The notes under the pieces were generated by a model. The model searched no databases. It was not told the DNA's origin and worked only from the letters and a program-made list of their open reading frames with translations. Both the position numbers and the translations under genes were made by a program. Shown here piece by piece: positions 14,301 through 26,179 of a stretch of 64,000 nt of DNA. Within the stretch, counting starts at the first letter, position 1. Each line of letters starts with the position of its first letter. This stretch comes from Phallusia mammillata (lineage: Eukaryota), in NCBI GenBank assembly GCA_965637545.1, contig OZ281499.1, forward strand, positions 3,100,001 to 3,164,000. The letters are read 5' to 3'.

Positions 14301-15383
14301 TTAGAATCATGAAGCACCATTGTTACCAAAGCAGGATCTTTGTACTAAAAACACATGATATGGTACATGATACAATTGCGTAGGTTTAGCGAAACAAAGC
14401 CTTGTGGTTAACGACTTCCACCTCAACACGTTAGGTAATTGAGGTTTTTATTTATAAATCTGAGTTTGTTTGTTTCTTATTTCCATTTAGGATTATGTTG
14501 GATTTAATGTGGATTACATTACCTTCGCCTCGTGTCACTTCAACATTGGAATCTATCCAGTCATAAATCGGAAATTCAGCGAACTGCCCGTTGTACTCAA
14601 CCGTGACGAAATCGCATAACCACTCATCCGTTTCGCACCAGTTCAAAAGTTCTGACAAGAAAAGCACTGTATGTACTTACCTTTATTTCAGTACTACTAG
14701 AAGTTTGGTTATTTCAGGACTAACTTTCCGGCCTGTACGAAATCCGCTTCATACAACTTACTGAATCTGATAATTATTGGCAATCCTACGTCATCACACG
14801 TGATATCGTAAACGTCACGCTTGTCCTTGAACGTGTTGGCTTCGAATATGTTTTCCACCGCATAATATCCGCTCGGTTTTCCGTTTCCACCAACCAGTTC
14901 CAATTGAATTGCAAGGCGCGTAGTAGATTCGCACCCCGCTTTCGCTGTCTGAAAAGCGATTGTATAACTCATGGTGATACGCCGAACCACCGAAAAGGAT
15001 TCGGACCGAATTCAGTGTCCATTTCCGGAATCTAAAACACACGTCTTACACGGTGTTTGCAAAGATTCATATACTGTGATGCCAATAAGCCAGGTCATTA
15101 AATTCCGTACACCTTTTCAAATGCAGTGTGATTTGCATGTTGTAGATGCAGCGATTAGTAAATGTATTGCGCTGTAATTATCGGTCGATTGATTTCAGAC
15201 CATTAATCTACACAAACTTTATCAATAAACGGCATCCATATGTATATGGATTTGCGTTGCGAACTTGTGGTAAGTTACCCAATCGTTTTTTTTTTTTTTT
15301 TCTTGCTACACATTTGGGCATTTTCTTTTTGATCGACAACAACATACACTCACCACAATCGTAACTTTGTATGTAGTCTTCAT
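5361..15383 (-). CDS. LOX1: divergent ALOX5-like lipoxygenase (PLAT + LOX domain), 14 exons, 677 aa, iron-ligand His->Asn variant
   Basis: Exons 5'->3' on minus: 15383-15354, 14948-14762, 14651-14523, 13819-13565, 12929-12839, 12409-12253, 11947-11690, 10859-10667, 10308-10228, 10020-9902, 9504-9385, 7197-7063, 6085-5987, 5540-5361. All introns GT-AG with consistent phase. Motifs: MKTTYKVTIV, FPIYDW, WLLAK, PLAIQL, HQ-WIENLLDTH, HPVFKLL, QHAAVNSGQ, C-terminal PNSIAI*. Confidence 0.9.
6267..7010. mobile_element. hAT-type MITE in LOX1 intron 12, with a second element nested inside (~6360-6791)
   Basis: Perfect 8-bp TSD CCTTATAG at 6259-6266 and 7011-7018. Termini CAGGG...CCTG with subterminal gcgggcc motifs. 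The inner segment shares gatccttatttcac...gccgccaatt and ggccgc.ggttgt with the element at 46891. Confidence 0.8.
11301..11525. mobile_element. Degenerate hAT-type MITE (CAGTGGTTCTCAAAC terminus)
   Basis: Left terminus cagtggttctcaaactttt; degenerate right terminus gtttaagaagcaccg; TSD-like ccccggag/ccccagac. Confidence 0.6.
12008..12185. mobile_element. ~180-bp hAT-type MITE (family CAGTGGTGGGA...TCCCACCACTG), copy 1
   Basis: TSD cttagaaa/cttagaag; homologous along its length to 19658-19837. Confidence 0.8.
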
Positions 15384-16640
15384 TTCTTCTGCTCTAAATC
15401 TTTGCACCACAAACCTATAATATCTCTGAAATCCCAAGCTTAAACATTAGTTCATCATTCAAAACATTGTCGAGGCTTTTCCGCGGTAACAGCACTCATA
15501 TAAAGTTCATATATTTGGTCAATTTGTGCATGGACTATTTGGTCTCTTTTTTAACAACAAATAATATACTTCTAGACTGGAGGCTTCCAGCACAACCAAA
15601 ACGTTTGCTCTCATTGCTTTCATTCTTTCTGTCAGAATATTGTATATACTTGTTACTGTCACTGTGTTCCTATTGCATATAATTCACGTTATCATGCTTA
15701 ATCTGTTTGGTGTATAACAAGCGGACTTCCTAACGAATACCGGTTACTGCGCAGGACAAATTACAGAACAATTACATTCGGTTGGTAGACCCTCTCACCA
15801 GCTAGACACACACTACCTACTGTTTTAGGATTATTACACTGAAAATTAGAATATTTTATTTTAGTGCCAGATACGCATGGTATCTCTAACCGCCTGAAAG
15901 TGAACAGTCGGTTTCGGACTTTAAATAAAACGGGCTGGTTTGAGTTTTTTTGATGAAAATAAATCCACGTTCGGGTATATATATTTTTTGTTTGTTTTTG
16001 TCTATATTTTTGTTAACGACTGAAGTACAACGGTGTAAATTAACTGCCTTAATTGCCTTACGTTGAAAACAAGCACCTCCAGTGTATGTTTGTGCTGTAG
16101 CCTAATATGCAGTGCAATAGTCTTCATGAAAATTTATCACCTGGTTTTGTTTAAGCACTCACTGTAGGAAACTGGAATTAAGTTGTTTTTCTTGGATAAT
16201 TCTGTTTTTTTTTTTTTTTTGTAAGCAATCACTGTTGTATTATTCTGGTCGCATAAATATGTTTCAGACGACTTGATGTCCACAGTTGGTATCCGATTTG
16301 GTTAACAAAAACTTTATTTTTATGATTGCATTCGTTAACGCAAGCGAAGCTTATGTACAATCTTCATCCGAATATACTGCATGCAAAGTTAAGTGAAGGG
16401 CACACAACGCTAGGCATTAAATTTTAAAGTCCATAAAATTCCACTAAAATGTAAAAACTTTTTTCCTTGTTTTGAATTTTTTATGTTCATCTGTGGTATT
16501 TTTAATCAAGGCAAGCTATACAGTCTATTCGATAATAGATTGGATTGACAAACGATTTACCAAAAAAACTATCGAAGTGGTTATAAAACCCTTAGATTTA
16601 CACATTGGAAATAGGCACTGCGTTTCGGGCTTTTGTAAAG

Positions 16641-19600
16641 TTAGATAGCAACGCTGTTTGGGATCCTGGATGGCAGTAAGTAGGTGTATGGGTGCACCAA
16701 CTTCTCGTTGCGAGCTTTTATCTTAGCTTCGAGCGCTTGTAGATCGCTCATGTAATTACGTTGGATGTCGAGAATGGTCTTTTCAGTGAAGAGACGTTCC
16801 GGAAATTGTCCAAGGAAAACCTGAACAATGGTTTATGCTTTTATATAGCTATGTTCGTTGCTGTTACGGTTCAAAAGCAAAATATTATTTCTGTAGTTGA
16901 AAATGGCGTTTAAACCAATAGTAACCAGTGACATGGGTAGTGTTCCACCTGTCAGGAAGCGTTGTTTCAGCACTTTAAATTTCGACCAAACAGCTTAGTT
17001 ATTTATTGTTAAAAGTGAAACACTTTACCCATTCCGTACATGTGTATATATTAGTTTGCTAAGTGAAGGTTACCTCGTCTGGCGAGTAATCAGAAAGTGC
17101 AAACAACACTGCAATGATAGATGAAGCCATCACCGAATCTGGGAGACTGTCCAAAATTCTTTGTTTGTTGGCCTAAACATTGCACAAAATGATATGAAAT
17201 CAATTTAAATAGTATAGCACAGGGATTGCCGACGAGGATAAACCACGTGTGTCTGAGCAATTTCCCGCCTTTCTGGAATCTTTATTTAGTCAATAATTTA
17301 TCTGCTCTGGTTATTGTCATCTGAGTGCAATCTACACTGATTCAGATGCTATTTACCTGTCCGTTTTTGTGTGGAGGCAGACGCATAGCAAGAGGGGAAT
17401 TTGGGACGAACTTGTAAGTCTCGAACTGACCAAAATTGACAGCAGCATGTTGCACAGAACTTGTGAATATCAGTATGACACAAATTTCAATCTATAAAAC
17501 ACAAGAGAGAAAAGCTATAGTAAGTTATGCCCACTAAACAAACAAAACGTTCGTTTTCCTGCTTAATACTTGCCCATGGAAATCAGTGAAATGTACGCAA
17601 AAAATGCTTACGTTACTAGTTATAATTAAACTAAAATCTTGAGGTCGTGTCTTTGAAAAAGCCTTATATATGTTAATGCGTTATTTCATTAAGGTGTATT
17701 TAACTTTACGCTAACGTATCTAGTAAAAAGTCCATGTCACCATTTGCTAAATTATTTGCTGTTTTCCTTTTCTCAATCTCCAATTTAAATAACAAAGAAC
17801 AATGTTGAAGTAACAGTATTAGGAAATGCTTCTCTCACCAGTTGATCGACTGAAGTCAGGTTTTCTGGCATTCCCTTTGTATCGTTGTCTTGCCAACCTA
17901 GACCCTCTTTGGCGACATCTTTTGCCCAAAATTGCAGCTCGTAGTCGTTGACAACGTCCTAAAAGTTCGAAGATATTTCGTGAAATACTTGCACAATAGA
18001 CACTTTTGTTAATTAAAGTTTGAAATATTAATGAGATCCTAAACTGAGGTTTTGCCTAAATTTTAACACTGAACCTCCTAAGCTTTGTAGCTTTGGATTC
18101 TATCTTAAACCTACCTCATCACACTTGTAGTAGTGACGAATGCATGCACTCGCGTATTTCTCCATGATCTTCCACTGGTCAAGTGCATCGTCTCGGTAAT
18201 AGTAGTTGGGCAGAAGAGTTGCATCGTCCGTTCCTGCGAAAGCGTTTGGATGTTTAAAAAATAGCATCCTGATATTATGCTGTTGTATGTCTACTTGACA
18301 GTGAAGGAAAGCTTACCGAATTTTTTGAGCATGTTTGGAATGTGAAGGTTTTGGATGTTGTACGTTTTGTAGATTTTCTTTACCAATGCAAGTGCACCTG
18401 CAAAAAATATCCATTATCCCAGGTAAGATACACTCTAAAAAAAATGAGCGAAATTTGAGCGAAAAATTCTGCGAGTGAAACAAAAGCTCACTTTAAACGA
18501 GTGAACAACTTTACTCACTGATTTGAGTGAATAAAAGACTAAATTTGCAGGGTTTTTGGTCTTTATTTCACTCATTGGTTTGAGCTATTGAAAGAAGCAG
18601 GTGCTGTGTGGTTGGTTCTTATTTTGCTCACCTTTCAAGCAAATACACATTAAAAACATCACAATATGTTCACTGGTTTATTTTTCTGGGCACAAATGAA
18701 CACACCAACACAGTTGTTACATCACAGCACTAAGAGAATGGAAACTGGTCTGGATCATATATTCGTCCAACGACGACCAACAATGGCTGACTGAGTTTGA
18801 CTTTTGACTTGTTCAGGGCATATTCAGCAATGTTGTTGCCGGCCTGTAAAAACATCAGAGCTAGTGAGGATGTTTTATACTGTACAACTATATTTTAATC
18901 ACAGCAAATGATAATCCAGAAAATATCAGGGATTGGGAACTTACTGAAAAATAAACTTTGAACAAGCTTTGGTTTTGCTAAAAAAACAATTATACTTACT
19001 TGCATCACGGGCTAATCTTTACCACTTACAGTCTTTGCAAGTAGATCCACATTTGAAAGGACAATTAGAAATGTCAATGTTCATTAACTTTATTGTTTTG
19101 TTTTATGAATATTGTACATTTATGCAGGAAATTTTTAATAAAAACAAGACCACAAAATAAATCCTAAAAACATACACAATATATAAGTACAAGAAAATAA
19201 AACGACTTACTTCTCATTTTCTCCTCAATACTATCGTCAATTAACTGTTGATCCTTTAGAAACAGAAGCGGCTCTTCAATGCCAAACTGTGAAATATCTG
19301 CTTTGGACACTTTGTATGCAACGCTAGCCTATGGTGATATCTAAGCCCAACTTGGCCTCGTTTGGTAATTCACGCCATCCAAACCCTATCCCGCAGTTTT
19401 GCGCAATAGATGTGACTGTGACGTAATTCAATTTCATTCCCCTCGCTTGCGCCAGCCAATCACGTTGTCGACTTCGGAACGCGCGATTTTGAAAAGAGAG
19501 AAAGGTTCTCTCGTTTCGCCGCGAAAAAAGGTTTGAGCGAAAATTTCACTTCTTTCCAGACGAAAGACTGGAATTTCGCTCGCCGCCTCCCGCCGGGGAG

Positions 19601-22600
19601 AAGAAATGAGCGAAGTTTTTTTAGAGTGTACGCTTTGCCAAAATTGCAGTCTATACCCAGTGGTGGGACTCAAATTTTTTGTCAGTCGGCTTTATCACAA
19701 AAGTCATATTTTTTAGCCGATTCTGTTACAAAATGTCCCTTGGCAGTAACCAGTAATGCTAACCGGCTCGGTGATCTCATAAGATTTCATGAGACGGTTG
19801 TATAGAATCGGTGCGCACCGACTGAATCCCACCACTGTCTGTAACTTTTCACATAGTTTCATATTACACATACCTACATGTAACAAGGTGTGTAACATTC
19901 TATGGTTTGTCATACGTAGACTTGGCAACCTATAAATCCAATGATACTTACTTGTGGAAACCCCCTTTCCCGCTAAAGAGTCGGGTGGTAAAAGAGTGTC
20001 CCTTGCGTCATTGTTGATACACGAAACTGAACGAAGGTGGGGACGCAGCAATTTGTAAATCGGATGAGCACGAGGCAAACATCGGAATAGCGCCACAGCG
20101 AAAGGTTCTGTTGCAGCGTGTGTCTCCATGTGATGATAGATCCACTAGAAACAAAACATCAATGGTAGATGTTTCAATTACATAATTAAAAATGTCATGA
20201 GCTGTCTTTAATTATTAAAAAAATCTTGATTTGCTGGAATTGTCGTTGAATTTAAATTTTTACTCATAGCAGAAATTGTTTTGTTCCAATTCTGTCACAC
20301 TTAACGAAGAGTTGTACTAGCTTGCGTCCAGTCGTTGCTTTATGCATTACCAGTGTAGTGCTTTGAAATGTACGGATCTGTTCATAAGTTTAAAGGTAAA
20401 AATAACGGCCCAAATAGGCGTTAAAAGCGACATGCTTTATTGTTCAAACGTTTTGACAAATGCTCATGCCATCATCAGTGATATGAAGACGACATCAGTG
20501 TAGTGCTTTTTACCAAATAATAAGTAACTATAAAACGGTGATAACCCTTCAAAAAACTGGACTTTATCTAACCTCGTGCATGTTGCCTTGTGAACAACGA
20601 AAGTACATCTTGGCAAGCAGCCAATCCTCTTCACTGTCGTTGGGTGTGAACACGTGATCAGGGCTACCGGGAACCAGTTGAATTGCCAAGGGCAGAAATT
20701 CACCTTTGTCGTTTACGTAAAAGAGTCCAATGCATTCAGGACAATTAAGTGGTTTTTTTGTTCTGTAGTTGTCAACTCTTTGGACTCCTTGAAATACTTC
20801 AGTGAAGTCAGCAATGTAGATTTTACCGGCCTGTTGTAAATGTCAGATGTTTTACAGTTATGTTATTTATTGAACCAAGATATTTTGTCTTCTGATTTTT
20901 AAAAGGATACAGTTCTGTCGCTAAACACCGCCTTTACATTACAATCTAAGTTGCTGTTTACAAAATGTATGAAAAGACGAGGGTTGGCCTACTTTCCCTT
21001 GTGCCCTTTCCCTTCTTGTAGTAGGCTATAGTTTAATGTTTTTGATACATTTGACAATGGACAGTTACACGGAGACTGAAATGCTTTGTACCTTCATTTC
21101 ACCTTCCAGCGTTTTGCCTGTTCCAAGTGTCGTATCTACGTCACTGTTCATGATGTCACAGTTTGATGGCAGTGATGTGCAACGTTTGAAACAAAGTGGG
21201 GCCACTCCGTTTAATGTTTGTCTACCAGTGCTTTTGTCCGAAAACCAACTGTAAAAGAGCAAAGTATACATTACACCGAAATGGTGTTTTTTGAACCTGA
21301 CTTGCAAAATGTAGTCTCTATGTACTGGTGTTAAATAATAATTACGCCTCACATACTCCATGGCGCATCTAGTGTTCCGTGTGGTGAACTGCGCTATTTC
21401 TACGTGGCAGTTGGAACACATGTAGTTAATGCTGTGAGGGCACATGCAACTTTCCTCTATTCTCAAAGTATTTCTTGTTCTCAAAGTTCTCAAAGTATGG
21501 GTCGCGACCCAAACATGGGTCGCGCAGCGTCAAAAAATGGGTCGCGCTATGGTGATTCAGTTCTGCCCAAACGAACTTTTTTCATTTCATTTTTAAAGTA
21601 TTTTTAATTCTCCATCATGACTGAATTATTGCATCATTATTGCTTCATCTCAGTAACTTGGAGTATTGCATCATAAGTGGTTTTCTGAAAGTTTTGATGG
21701 CAGAGTATAGCCATAGCCAAGTACAGCCTCACTCAACCACGTTGTACAGTAAAATAAACCAACCATTACCGCTTACATACAATAGCCTTCCAATTTTACT
21801 GTTATGCACGTGGTGATTGTAACGTCATAGCACGGGAAATAATAGGACAAGTTAATCATGCGAAACTGAACTTGGAGATGTAACAGTTAGCGTTCAAGGA
21901 TGAGTTAGTATTCGTACAAGGAAAAAAATACATTTTTGTTGTTTGAGGCTTGGGTCGTAAGATGCACATAAAGTTCAGATTTGGGTCGCGCTCAAAAAAG
22001 TTTGAGAACCACTGCTCTAAGGTTTGATCAACTTTTTTTACTTTATAATAAAGGCAAGTCTATAGCCGACCGAACCACAAAGACGTATAACACTTACTCA
22101 TCCAAATACATTGGGTCTTCTCGTAGCAGTGACTCGTGTTTGTATATCGAGTGATAATCTTTCAATTCGTCGATTGGGGACATGATTCCTGCAATAGAAT
22201 GAAACAACTGGAGTGTTGATATTTCTGCAATTGTTCTTATTTTGGTTACAACTGGTTAATTAGTGAATAGTCTAAAACTTGTTAGTTCATGTTTCAAGAA
22301 TTTTGTGGTCCGTTCACGACTGTTGTCACACACACCGTACACGACTGTTGTCAAACCCAGTCGCGCCACCTTTAGTCCCACTCGTTTCTCAAAGCCAGAT
22401 TTCAACCTTCTCAGGCCTTTACCAGATTCAAGGTGTACACAACAAAATGAAGTGCATTTTTTCTTTGCACCATCATAACAAAAATCCTTGTCCCAAAATC
22501 CCATCATTTACCCTAAAGACAAGATGATTGGCATAACTTACTTTGAATGGTATTGAGTGCAGAGGTGGATATTGCTTTCAGAACGCTTCCCATGAAGTGA

Positions 22601-24332
22601 GTGGCCTTCACTCTGTCCTGCCGAAATATTCTGGGAAGTTCACGGCGCGTTGCACCTTTGACGAAACGAGGAAGTCCCCAATTCATGTCACTCTCATTCG
22701 GTATTGGAACCCATTCGAATTTCTTCAAATTTTCCGCTATCTCGTCAATACGAAGTTTCTTTACCTTCGGGTTTGTGACATTTTGAGGAATTTGAGCTTG
22801 GAAAATAATAACACGTTTTATTGTTAAATGTCTGCAAAAATTGAAACCCGGTCAAATGGCAACTAACGGTCCCTAAATTTGTCTTATCTTTTTAGGAAAC
22901 TTTAAACAGTAGACCCCGCAATTGGTAGGCTTGAGTGATTGCCAAATAATCTTGGAGCACTTGCGTGTCAGCGTGTCAGCGCGTACTGAAAAACATTCTC
23001 ATGGAAAAAAGTCCAATTAACCCCCTATCCAGTTTTACAAAAGGGCGCTTTTACAAAATGTTGCTGATTTTAATTTTCCAAACAGTTTTACAATCAAATC
23101 AGCAACACCAGACCGAGCAGCCAGAATATCGTCTATCTCGTTGACTTGAATAAGCGCATAAGCTCTGCTGAATAGCACCCAAGTTTTGTGTTAACAAAAG
23201 ATTTTTGGTTCAATGGCGAAGTCAGGGCCAAAATCGTAAAAGGATGAAAATTTGGTCACCAAATCTTTCCTCAGTGGGGTATTAAGGAGTTTTTTGACGA
23301 TCGCGCGCAATCGTGCTTTTAGTCTATGGACCACCAAGTCAGTTAAAAGCAGAATCGAGGACAATACCGTTTAAGCATTCACAGCAAACATCTTTTCTGC
23401 TGAAATTTTTTCCTTACCTTCTCCTCTGGCCACATCGATTGTAGTTGTAATCCAATCATAGATGGGAAACTCTGCCACTTCAATACCCTTTTCCACTTTA
23501 ACCATATTGCACATCCATTCATCTTCACCAAACCAAGATGACAGCTCTACAATAAAACTAAATGCTCACTTTTGCATAAATGACCATGTAACACGTATAA
23601 AAAATGTTTTAGCATTTGTAAAAGCGCAAATTTTTGTCATTTAAAACGGTATATTTAATAACTTACTGAATCGAATGATTATTGGTAGACCGACGTCTTC
23701 GCAAGTTAAATTGTAAACATCAGTTTTTCCGGGCTCGAAGTCGTCATGCAGGAATTTATCGAGCTTTAGCCAGTCGGTGGTGACGATGGTGGCGTCCTTC
23801 TCCCCAACCATCTGAAGGGACACTGTGGCGTTTGTGCCAGCCTTATTGGTCGCATCTGAGGTCTGCCCAAATAAAATTGATATTTTCCAACCGGATAGGA
23901 AACGTTTTAGATTTTGTGCTATTGCCCTTTTCCATCAAATGCAGTTCTTGAAACTAGCTAAACAAACGATGTTGGTTAAACTGTAAGCTGCGGCGTAGCT
24001 TTTTTGATACAGATTGTGTGGGTTGATATCAAGGCCGCTTACAACTAATGACATGCTGATATTGTTTCTAGCCTCCCGCGTTTTTTATTTATTCATTTAG
24101 AACTCTTTGTAGATGTAGACATTGTACGCCAACACGCCTTTTGCTAGCATGATATAATAGCACAAATGATACAGCTATTTGCTATCGTTAACCAATCTAG
24201 CATTACAACATGCGGCTTACTTTTTTAACACCACATCATGTGGCTTACCATCGTGAGATTTCGGTATTTGCATTTAATCTTGCTCACATATGTTATTCAA
24301 CTTACCGACACTGAAACTCTGTAAGTAGTCAT
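16641..24332 (-). CDS. LOX2: ALOX5-like lipoxygenase, 14 exons, 679 aa, canonical iron ligands
   Basis: Exons: 24332-24306, 23862-23667, 23546-23418, 22796-22542, 22188-22098, 21248-21092, 20830-20573, 20144-19952, 18397-18317, 18233-18115, 17958-17839, 17491-17357, 17172-17074, 16820-16641 (2040 nt). Motifs [41 protein letters not shown]. Confidence 0.93.
18431..19628. mobile_element. ~1.2-kb non-autonomous DNA transposon, EnSpm/CACTA-like, in LOX2 intron 8
   Basis: TIRs CACTCTAAAAAAA / TTTTTTTAGAGTG flanked by TA on both sides; repeated subterminal TGAGCGAAA/TGAGTGAA motifs; no transposase ORF. Confidence 0.75.
19658..19837. mobile_element. ~180-bp hAT-type MITE, copy 2 of the 12008 family
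   Basis: TIRs cagtggtgggactc / gaatcccaccactg; degenerate TSD tctatacc/tctgtaac. Confidence 0.8.
21460..22014. mobile_element. hAT-type MITE (tgggtcgcg subterminal repeats, GTTTGAGAACCACTG right end)
   Basis: Repeated gggtcgcg motifs at both ends. The same kind of right end occurs at 8870-8904. Left boundary approximate. Confidence 0.6.
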
Positions 24333-26179
24333 CTTTTTTCTCCTTTGTAGTGCAGTCACTCACTTGTAAGAGCTAATTGTTTAACTTAGCTGCACACATA
24401 ACATACATGTTGAAATCAGAGTGATTTCGTATCACTACTTTTCTTGCGACAAACATGCTTTCCATAAAACCACAAAAAGTGTTTTAACTAACACAAAGCT
24501 TAGACCAAGAACGACGTTTTTATTAACTTATTTTACTGCGAACGAAACATTTTATCCAAGAAAATTGCATTTGTACGTTATCTTATTCGCGGTAGTTTTA
24601 AGGCGTCAACAACTTGAACAGTTACGTGTGTCTTTGTCTAAGTATCGTTGCTTTGCAAAACTTTCCAATATAGTTGAACCGCCTGGAAAACGAGCGAAAA
24701 AGGAGTTTAGGAATTGTAGAGCAAGAGAGCAATTGAACCATGCAATCCGCGCCGAAGAGTGATTCTGCACCAAACTATGCTGAAATTATTGACTTATTCA
24801 AGGGCATCGAAACGTGAAGATCAAACAAAGCAAATATGGGCTTCTATCGCTCTATCAATATCCGGGTTAAATTAAACTTTGAAAAGAAAAAAACGGCTTT
24901 TTTCAGAAATTGGGGAGCAATAATTTTAGGGCGAGGCAAATAAGTGACATTCAAAGCGGTGAAATTCAATTACATGCGTTTTTCGCAAAGTTTGGCGAAC
25001 AAAGAAGCCTTCAAATACAAATGTCACTATGTGCTATGTATTGTAAACTCTCCATGAAAGCAACAAATTCTCTGTCAGTTGTCACCGCTTCCTCTATTCA
25101 GGACTAAGTTTACAATGTTTTTTGATCTGGGTTCAAGTTGTACACTCACACCTTGTTTATGTATCTGTCACAAAAAGTTCAAAATTTCACCATTTTTGTA
25201 CTCTATTTGTACTCGGGTAAAGAATGAACCTTACATGCCTTTCAAAATTCTGCTTCACAGCAAAACGATGCAAAAGTTTTTGCTGCTTTTTGAACAACAC
25301 CTTGTTTAGACCGGTTTGCACTAAATCTTTTGCATCCTCAAGATATACTTATCGAATTGAGTGGGATTTGTTTTGATTTGACGGGCCGAAATATCTATTT
25401 ATTTACAATTTTTAGAAACGTAGTATACATAGATAAGTGTCTAATGATTTAAGCCAAACATATACATTCATTTTTAACCATTTTGTTATTAGTTGCTTAG
25501 GTTTTAGTGACCTCACACTGACGACTGCTGTGTAGTGACGCGACTTGATATATAAAAACTGTGTGTGAAGACACATTCCATTAGATTTTAGGGTCCATTA
25601 TTACCCATGGTTGTGCGTGCGATTTTCTGTTGTCGCAATTAACTACCGCTTATTGTATTGTCTTAAAGTTTTCGACATTTTGTTGCTCTGTTTCTGGTCG
25701 CATAATCTGAGTGTGTATTAGACTCACTTACGTACAGCCTCGCAAATACGCATTACCTTTTAGATTGTATTTGTCAAAAGCACACAAACTGCACGCTAAG
25801 CCGGCAAAAGCTTTATACAATTCAAGCCCTTATTGGACCAGTGGTTATTAAACAAATTGCACCTCCCCTTTTGGTATTTTTAACGAATTTATCCCGAATG
25901 CCCCATTTAGAAATGCAAACGGGCCTTTTGGGGCAATGGCGTACATTTGAGAACCACTGATCTAGACCTAGTGCATGCAAAACTAATGACATTCACACAA
26001 AGCACAAGCAGATACATCAGAAACTACAAGCAAATTAGTGTGATTGCTTTTCCGTTAACAATATCGTTTTGCAAAAAAATTTACAATAGATGTTATCTTT
26101 TTCGAAAAAAACTACATTTGCTGTCAAATATTGTGGTTACTTTTTATTTAACTTCGATTTATCAAGTGATTTTGTGGAC

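Noticed and set aside
14762-14990. Apparent loss of intron 1 in LOX1 (ORF reading MSYTIAFQTAK... continuously)
   Set aside because: A homologous exon 1 (MKTTYKVTIV followed by gtgagt) exists at 15383-15354 and splices in phase to tttcag at 14948.
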